NCBI GenBank assembly: GCA_963667035.1
Contig: OY762964.1
Location: forward strand, 2,720,001 to 2,784,000
Source: Candidatus Cloacimonadales bacterium
Lineage (GTDB): Bacteria > Cloacimonadota > Cloacimonadia > Cloacimonadales > JAFGVF01
Direction: 5' to 3'
DNA length: 64,000 nucleotides
Shown here: in pieces, positions 57,851 through 64,000 of the stretch
How the letters are laid out: every line of letters begins with the position of its first letter
Numbering within the stretch: the first letter of the stretch is position 1
The notes under the pieces: generated by a model
What the model was told of the DNA's origin: nothing
Seen by the model: only the letters and a program-made list of their open reading frames with translations
The model's database searches: none
Translations under genes and position numbers: made by a program

Positions 57851-60193
57851 TTATAAGTTGAATTTCTGCAATCTTCTAGTCATTGCACTAGGCGTTATTC
57901 CAAGCATTGCTGCGGCTTTACTCTTCTTATTCCCAGAAAGCTCAAGAGCTTTCTTTATTGCCATCAACTCCAAATCCTCCAAGTTTAGTTTATCAGTTGA
58001 AATCAATGCTGATTCATTTATTTGTACTTTAGCATATTCATTGTCTGACTTTAATCCTGAGTTTGAAAGTGCATTTAGAAGATTCAATCCATTTCTTAGG
58101 AATAAAGTAGCTCTTTCAATTATGTTTCTTAATTCTCTTACATTTCCCGGATACGAATATGACTTGATCATCTCCATAGCTTCTTCCGATATGTCAGGTT
58201 TAATAATACCCATTCTAGTGCAATACTTATCCAGATAGTATTCTGCAATTACTGCAATATCTGAATGACGTTCACGTAAAGGTGGAATTTCTATGATAAA
58301 TGTATTAATTCTGTTGTAGAAATCTAATCTGAAATCACCTGAACTAATTAACTCTTCAAGGTTACGGTGTGTTGCACATATTACTCTGAAGTCTGTTGTC
58401 TCAGGTTTGTTAGAACCAAGAGGAGTAAAATTCTTATTCTCAAGAACTTTTAGAAGCTTTGCTTGAAGAGAAACAGGCATATCTCCGATTTCATCTAAGA
58501 AAAGTGTACCTGAATCAGCTTCTTTAAGAAATCCCGGATTATCTTTTACCGCTCCGGTAAAAGCACCTTTTTTATATCCGAAAAACTCACTTTCAGCCAT
58601 ACCTTCCGGGATCGCAGAACAATTAACCTCACATAAAGTGCCATCTTTTCTTTTGCTGTTTTTATGAATCATATCAGCAATGATTTGCTTACCGGTTCCG
58701 CTCTCGCCTAGAATCAAAACATTTATATCAGAATGTTGTGCAGCCATTTCAACTTTACTCAGTACAGCTTTTATTTTTCGGCTAACACCTATAAATCCTG
58801 ATTCTGTACTACTCTCTAGTTTTCTATTTATTGAAGATATTCTGCGGTCCCTTTCAACAAGTTTTCGTTTATCATTAGCAATTTCTTGCTCTAGTGTTTT
58901 GACTTTTTTCTCTAATTCGGATTTTTGGATAATTGATTCAAGCTCTCTAATCTTTTCAGCAATATCTAAGGCTTCTTTATACCTCTCTTGGCTTTTAAGA
59001 ATCTTATAATAAAAACTGTATGTCTTAGTAATATAGAAATATGAAGTATCATCTTTAAACAACTCTATGTTATGTAAGAGAATCTCTTCGGCAATATCTA
59101 TCTTCTCCAGACTCATGAAGAAATCTGCAACTTCATCTGTTAGAGCTATGATCTGTTCTTTAGTTCCATGTTCTCTTATATGATTCAAAGCTTCGAGATA
59201 TGATTTTTCAGCTCCCTCCTGATTGCCTGTCAACTGCAAGTAGTTTGCTCTTCGCTTTAAATACAATGAAGTGATATAGGGATTTTTTTGATGAGTACTA
59301 ACTAATTTTAAGATTTTGAGATATTTATCCATTGTAGAATCATCTCTATCGTATAAGGCATAAATTATCAAAGTAGATAATGATGTTACAAAACAGCTAA
59401 TACCGAATTTATCAAGTTGTTTCCATTCTTTCAAACTAGCATTTTCTTGTAGGAATTTAACAGCTTTTTCTCTATTCCCAATCTCTGAATACATTTTCCC
59501 AATATTCATATTTACAACTATTAGTCCTGAATAATCAGGTTTGATTGTAAACTCTTTTGATTGGAAGTAGCAATCAAGAGCTTTATCTATTTTGCCCTGT
59601 TTACTGTATAAATTTCCAAGGTGCAGTAGGAGCTTACCTTCTACAACCAAATCAACTTTATTGTTAATAGATAATCCCATTAACAAAAATCTTTCTGCTT
59701 CTTCAAATTGATTTGACCTCTCTAAAGCAAGACCTAGGTTAGAATAAAGGAATTTCATACTATCAGGTAAGTCATTTTCTTCAATGTGCTCTATTGCTCT
59801 CAGACCTGCCTGAGCTGCATTGCTATTCTGTCCAATGGAAGTGTATAGTACAGTTAACAAGTACTCCATGTAAGCTTGGGTCATTTTTTTCCCATTTCTG
59901 TTAACAAAAGAACGGTAATCATTAAGTGCATCAAAATCAATTTGTTTAACATCATGCATCATGATTTGAATCTTACTACAATAGCATTTAGCAATGGCAT
60001 CCTTTATTTCTTCCTTAGGATTGGATTCGTAGTTAAGATATTCGTTATAATACCCAATGGCTATATCTATATAGTTTGATGCTTTCTTACGTTCATTAAG
60101 TCCCATTTTAGACACTTCATCTACAATAATGATTATTCTATCAAGTTTAGACAGATTCTGTAGATGCTTGTCCAGTTTTGTAAAATTATACAT
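57851..60193 (-). CDS. TPR-containing sigma54-dependent enhancer-binding protein
   Basis: N-terminal TPRs; GESGTGK, GAFTGA, LFLDEIG, FRLDFYNRI, YPGNVREL; Fis-type HTH. Confidence 0.93.
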   Translation of the reverse strand: MYNFTKLDKHLQNLSKLDRIIIIVDEVSKMGLNERKKASNYIDIAIGYYNEYLNYESNPKEEIKDAIAKCYCSKIQIMMHDVKQIDFDALNDYRSFVNRNGKKMTQAYMEYLLTVLYTSIGQNSNAAQAGLRAIEHIEENDLPDSMKFLYSNLGLALERSNQFEEAERFLLMGLSINNKVDLVVEGKLLLHLGNLYSKQGKIDKALDCYFQSKEFTIKPDYSGLIVVNMNIGKMYSEIGNREKAVKFLQENASLKEWKQLDKFGISCFVTSLSTLIIYALYDRDDSTMDKYLKILKLVSTHQKNPYITSLYLKRRANYLQLTGNQEGAEKSYLEALNHIREHGTKEQIIALTDEVADFFMSLEKIDIAEEILLHNIELFKDDTSYFYITKTYSFYYKILKSQERYKEALDIAEKIRELESIIQKSELEKKVKTLEQEIANDKRKLVERDRRISSINRKLESSTESGFIGVSRKIKAVLSKVEMAAQHSDINVLILGESGTGKQIIADMIHKNSKRKDGTLCEVNCSAIPEGMAESEFFGYKKGAFTGAVKDNPGFLKEADSGTLFLDEIGDMPVSLQAKLLKVLENKNFTPLGSNKPETTDFRVICATHRNLEELISSGDFRLDFYNRINTFIIEIPPLRERHSDIAVIAEYYLDKYCTRMGIIKPDISEEAMEMIKSYSYPGNVRELRNIIERATLFLRNGLNLLNALSNSGLKSDNEYAKVQINESALISTDKLNLEDLELMAIKKALELSGNKKSKAAAMLGITPSAMTRRLQKFNL

Positions 60194-60458
60194 TTGTATC
60201 TCCTCAATAAGCTAAGACCAAAAAAGAACTAATAGTCATCTATTTCAAGTTAATTCTTTGCGAAAACGCAATTTTATTCTCAAAATTAGTATCAACTTCG
60301 CAAATACGTTTTGTTGAAATCTCATAATTGGAAATAAATCCAACCCGTATTCGGCTGTATAACAATGTTTTAGCATTATCTTATGAATATCTAATCATGT
60401 GGAACACAAAATGGTAATAATAGATAATAGATTTCGAAAATATGTTTATGGAGAATTG

Positions 60459-61838
60459 ATGAAGAGACTGTTATTTGTTGTTACATTTTTGATGCTTATA
60501 GGTTTGCTTTCTTCAGCACCTATAAAGGGACTATTAAATTCAGGGAAAGCTTCCAATAGTGGAAGTTACTTTGATCAATCTAAGTTAAAACAAATTAGTA
60601 ATACAACTGAAGTTGGGAAAGTTCCTAACTCATCACCGTTAAAACAAGCTAAAAACTGGATTTTAATAAAAGAAGAATCCTTCGAAGGAGTCTGGCCAAA
60701 TCAATGGAATTGTTACTCTAAGACAGATGTTGATGCATATTGGTCTGACAACAATGATATGGCTTATGAAGGGAATTGGAGTGGTCACTGTTGCGATGGT
60801 GGAGAGGACTCTATTGAGAATGGTTATCAGAATAACATGGAAACATGGATGGTTTACGGTCCTTTTAGCCTTGCAGACTGTGCTGATGCCGAGTTAAACT
60901 ACAACGTTTGGTATCATACCGAGTCTGATTACGATTACTTTAAAGTCTACGCATCTATTAATGGTTCATCATATTGGGGTTATCGCTATGACGGTCAAAG
61001 TAATGGTTGGGAGTCAAAATCTTTTGATTTAACAGATGTTTACGAGATTGGTAACGTAACAGGAAAGAATAACGTTTGGATTGCTTTTGTATTTACAAGC
61101 GATTTGTCTAACACATACGAGGGAGCTTATATTGATAATATAAACCTTACCAGAAACTATGTTGCTCCTGATGCATATGTTTCTCCGGTAATGTTTAACT
61201 CCTACATAGCTGATGAAATAGATAGTAATCAAGACGGATATTACGAATCCCTTAACTTGCTTGTTGATGTTGATGCACAAAGTCCGAGTTTGAAAGATGT
61301 AATAAGAGCTCAAGACTGCACTATCAATGTATACAACCATGCTACCGATGAAATGATTTGTTCAGGAGGACCATTTCACTTCACAGGTTCTTCAACGGAA
61401 GACAATGCAATAGTTGGTCCAATCACTATGCAGGAATGGGATGATAATGACGAGTTTGTTCTTAGAGTGGAAGTTAGTAACGAGTTTGGTTCTGACACAA
61501 AAACGCAAGTTGTGTCTTTACAGGGACTCTATACTCCAAATGCTGATAATGTAAATCAAGTTATCAAAACTGATTTAAACAACTACCCTAATCCATTCAA
61601 TCCTGAGACAACTATCTCTTTTACATTAAAAAAGAGAGAAAGAGCTACACTAGAAATCTTCAATATGAGAGGGCAATCGATAAATAGACTTATATCTGAA
61701 GAACTAAGTGTAGGCTCCCATCATGTTGTTTGGGACGGAAATGATAGTAATGGAAAATCCGTTGCTACAGGTGTGTATTTCTATAGGCTAATTACACCGA
61801 CAATGTCTCAAGCAAAAAGAATGCTCCTAATGAAGTAG
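60459..61838 (+). CDS. Secreted beta-sandwich protein with T9SS-type/FlgD-Ig C-terminal domain
   Basis: Signal peptide; ESFEG..., TESDYD, FTSD...GAYIDNI (MAM/cleaved-adhesin-like); NYPNPFNPETTISF tail. Confidence 0.82.
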   Translation: MKRLLFVVTFLMLIGLLSSAPIKGLLNSGKASNSGSYFDQSKLKQISNTTEVGKVPNSSPLKQAKNWILIKEESFEGVWPNQWNCYSKTDVDAYWSDNNDMAYEGNWSGHCCDGGEDSIENGYQNNMETWMVYGPFSLADCADAELNYNVWYHTESDYDYFKVYASINGSSYWGYRYDGQSNGWESKSFDLTDVYEIGNVTGKNNVWIAFVFTSDLSNTYEGAYIDNINLTRNYVAPDAYVSPVMFNSYIADEIDSNQDGYYESLNLLVDVDAQSPSLKDVIRAQDCTINVYNHATDEMICSGGPFHFTGSSTEDNAIVGPITMQEWDDNDEFVLRVEVSNEFGSDTKTQVVSLQGLYTPNADNVNQVIKTDLNNYPNPFNPETTISFTLKKRERATLEIFNMRGQSINRLISEELSVGSHHVVWDGNDSNGKSVATGVYFYRLITPTMSQAKRMLLMK

Positions 61839-61869
61839 TTACCCAAAACTACTCACCAATAAGCTCATC

Positions 61870-61901
61870 GCCCGATTAAGATAAATCGGGCTTTGTTTTT
61901 T
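61870..61901 (+). terminator. Rho-independent terminator
   Basis: GCCCGATT-AAGATA-AATCGGGC followed by TTTGTTTTTT. Confidence 0.8.
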
Positions 61902-62006
61902 GTTAGCAATTAGTAATTATATCTATTAAAAGGCTTACCTCTCTAAAATATTTGACTATTTGAGAGCTGACTTTTAATTTGTATCAAAAATCTTAAGGAG
62001 TTTTCA

Positions 62007-62330
62007 ATGTTCCAAGGTGGACCAAATATGAAAGATCTGATGCGTAAAGCTCAGAAAATGCAACAGGATTTGTTAAAGGCTCAAGAAGATCTAGCTAACC
62101 AGGTTGTTGAAACACAAGCAGGTGGCGGAATGGTTAAAGTAGAAATGAATGGACGTTATGAGATTAAATCACTTAAGATTGATCCGGAAGTAGTAGATTC
62201 TGATGACGTTGAGATGCTTGAAGACCTTATTATTGCCGCTTTTAAAGAAGCACTTGAGAAGATTGGTAAGAATAGCGAAGAAAGTATGAGTAGCCTTACA
62301 GGCGGAATGAAAATTCCAGGTCTATTTTAA
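62007..62330 (+). CDS. ybaB: YbaB/EbfC nucleoid-associated protein
   Basis: AQKMQ, AGGGMVKV, DVEMLEDLIIAA; upstream of recR. Confidence 0.95.
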   Translation: MFQGGPNMKDLMRKAQKMQQDLLKAQEDLANQVVETQAGGGMVKVEMNGRYEIKSLKIDPEVVDSDDVEMLEDLIIAAFKEALEKIGKNSEESMSSLTGGMKIPGLF

Positions 62331-62335
62331 ACTGA

Positions 62336-62929
62336 ATGCTCAGTCCTAAATTTAAAAAACTGGAAGAAAATCTATCTACTTTACCGGGTATAGGTAAAAA
62401 GACTGCATCAAGACTTGCTATGCATCTCATTACACAGAATAGAGCTAACTCCATTGAGCTTTCTGAGTCTATCGTTGACGCTGTGAGTTCAATTAGATCT
62501 TGCTCAATTTGCAACATGTTATCAGAGGAAGATCCTTGTCCTGTATGTCTAGATAGTGGTAGAGATAATCATATTCTATGTGTTGTTGAGAATACGCAAG
62601 ATGTCTTTATCTTTGAGGAGTTACACTCTTTTAAAGGTAGGTACTTTGTACTTGGACATCTGCTTTCTCCAATGCACGGGATTGGGCCTGATGAGATTAA
62701 TTATAATCTTTTACTGGATTTTCTTAGTGAATATCCTGTACAAGAAGTTATCCTTGCTCTCAGCCCTTCAGTTGAAGGGGAAACAACTATCAGTTTTCTT
62801 GCTGAGCAGCTTGAGGACAGAGGATTAAAGATATCAAGACTTTCGACAGGATTACCTTTCGGAACCAATCTCGAGTATGCCAACAATATCACCCTTGCCA
62901 ATGCTTTTAAAAACAGGACTAATATCTAA
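62336..62929 (+). CDS. recR: Recombination mediator RecR
   Basis: LPGIGKKTA.RLA, C4 zinc finger, CVVE, EGETT TOPRIM motif. Confidence 0.96.
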   Translation: MLSPKFKKLEENLSTLPGIGKKTASRLAMHLITQNRANSIELSESIVDAVSSIRSCSICNMLSEEDPCPVCLDSGRDNHILCVVENTQDVFIFEELHSFKGRYFVLGHLLSPMHGIGPDEINYNLLLDFLSEYPVQEVILALSPSVEGETTISFLAEQLEDRGLKISRLSTGLPFGTNLEYANNITLANAFKNRTNI

Positions 62930-64000
62930 TGAGATTCTTTAAAGCTCTATTTGTTTCAACGACACTTCTTTTTATCTTTGCTTGTGGAAGCAAGGATACC
63001 CTTACAGGAGGTCCTGAGGATACTGTAAAACCTGAAATAGTTTCGGTATATCCTGAGGAGAAAGAGAATATAAGCAACGGTGAAATAGAGTTAGTATTCA
63101 ATAAGAATCTTGATAAGGCTAGTGTAGAGAGAAGTATCTATTTCTATCCTGCAGTTGAAGACTTAAGAATTAAGACATCCAAATCTGTAGTAAGCATTAC
63201 TTTTAATCCCGATACACTGGAAGACACCAATTATTTTCTTACGATAAACAAAAGTCTTAAAGACATTCGTAATAATAATATGTTGGAGAATCAGACTTTA
63301 ATCTATAGTAAAGGTATTCTAAATAAATACAAGATACGGGGAGTAATTGAATATGAAGATGATGTTGAAAAAGGACACAATACATATCTCACTGTTCTTA
63401 CTGCAGATTCACTCTATATTTTCTCTAAGAAACTTACAAGAGATAGATTCGAGGTATCCAATCTCAATCCCTCTGATTATTTTTTGAGAGCATATTCCGA
63501 TATAAATGACAACGATAAGTATGATTTTGGTAAGGATCCATACTTTGAAGGACCATTTACTCAAAAAATGAGATCCGTTAAACTTGAAATGGCTGTTGCT
63601 GATTCAACTCTGCCAAAACTAAGAAGTGGGAGATTTAAATATGATAACCAACTTAGTTTAAACATGAGTGAAGAGCTTAAGCGTTTTGAGAGTATTTCAA
63701 TAATAGCTGTTGAGGATAGCACAGAAGTTCCCTATACGTATTTTGATATAGATGGCAGTAATGTTAACCTGATTACAGAGTCAGTAGATACACTTACTTA
63801 TAAGGTTATCATTGAGAACATGGAGGACCTTAAGGGTAATATAAGAGAAAGGATGGCGGTAGAAGTTCAAGGAATAGTTAAACCTGACACACTTGCTCCC
63901 ATAGTAGTAGAGACTATTCCACAAGATGGTCGTACAATCAAGACATTGAATCCTGAGATTGAGATTACTTTCTCTGAGATAATTCCTAAATCATATTTGG
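62929..64000 (+). CDS. Ig-like (Big_5) domain lipoprotein, 3' truncated by window edge
   Basis: Not in the ORF track. TAATG coupling to recR; MRFFKALFVSTTLLFIFAC lipobox; GGPEDTVKPEIVSVYP and DTLAPIVVETIP repeats; frame appears open to the window end. Confidence 0.8.
   Translation, partial: MRFFKALFVSTTLLFIFACGSKDTLTGGPEDTVKPEIVSVYPEEKENISNGEIELVFNKNLDKASVERSIYFYPAVEDLRIKTSKSVVSITFNPDTLEDTNYFLTINKSLKDIRNNNMLENQTLIYSKGILNKYKIRGVIEYEDDVEKGHNTYLTVLTADSLYIFSKKLTRDRFEVSNLNPSDYFLRAYSDINDNDKYDFGKDPYFEGPFTQKMRSVKLEMAVADSTLPKLRSGRFKYDNQLSLNMSEELKRFESISIIAVEDSTEVPYTYFDIDGSNVNLITESVDTLTYKVIIENMEDLKGNIRERMAVEVQGIVKPDTLAPIVVETIPQDGRTIKTLNPEIEITFSEIIPKSYL

Noticed and set aside
1441..63101. Numerous 60-156 aa antisense or alternate-frame ORFs inside recognised genes
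   Set aside because: They are shadows of well-supported genes, with no independent RBS or motifs.
1..64000. Prophage, defence island, rRNA or tRNA genes
   Set aside because: No integrase, structural, nuclease or restriction-modification genes and no rRNA or cloverleaf signatures were recognised by eye.

Overview
AT-rich bacterial chromosomal window, densely coding, with no rRNA, tRNA or CRISPR array seen. It is probably from an anaerobic diderm of the FCB group, most likely Candidatus Cloacimonadota. This is inferred from kdsB, a TonB-dependent receptor, hydF, a gingipain-like C25 protease, NYPNPFNP/FlgD-Ig secretion tails and TPR-fused regulators. Housekeeping content includes znuACB, a CCA-adding enzyme, kdsB, mnmG, obgE-dprA, nfo, xseA, aspA-hydF, a serA-like gene, mtnA, pabABC, purB and ybaB-recR, plus a TPP riboswitch-controlled thiamine uptake pair. 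The best candidate for an undescribed system is at 22.9-33.1 kb. Four tightly coupled genes each encode a 2x[4Fe-4S] ferredoxin domain behind a Sec-type or lipoprotein signal with no twin-arginine motif. They are followed by a predicted outer-membrane beta-barrel and a Cys-containing DsbD_2-like membrane protein, then a probably sigma54-driven DsbD/Omp28-like/TlpA/barrel/secreted-protein operon, suggesting an envelope-spanning Fe-S and thiol redox system. Other oddities are two intergenic arrays with 11-bp phasing that share a flanking 15-mer, a 297-bp internally deleted IS3, an ECF41-like sigma factor facing small unannotated genes, and a sugar ABC permease carrying about six copies of a GH42-like motif. 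All product calls come from motif recognition by eye; no database searches were run.
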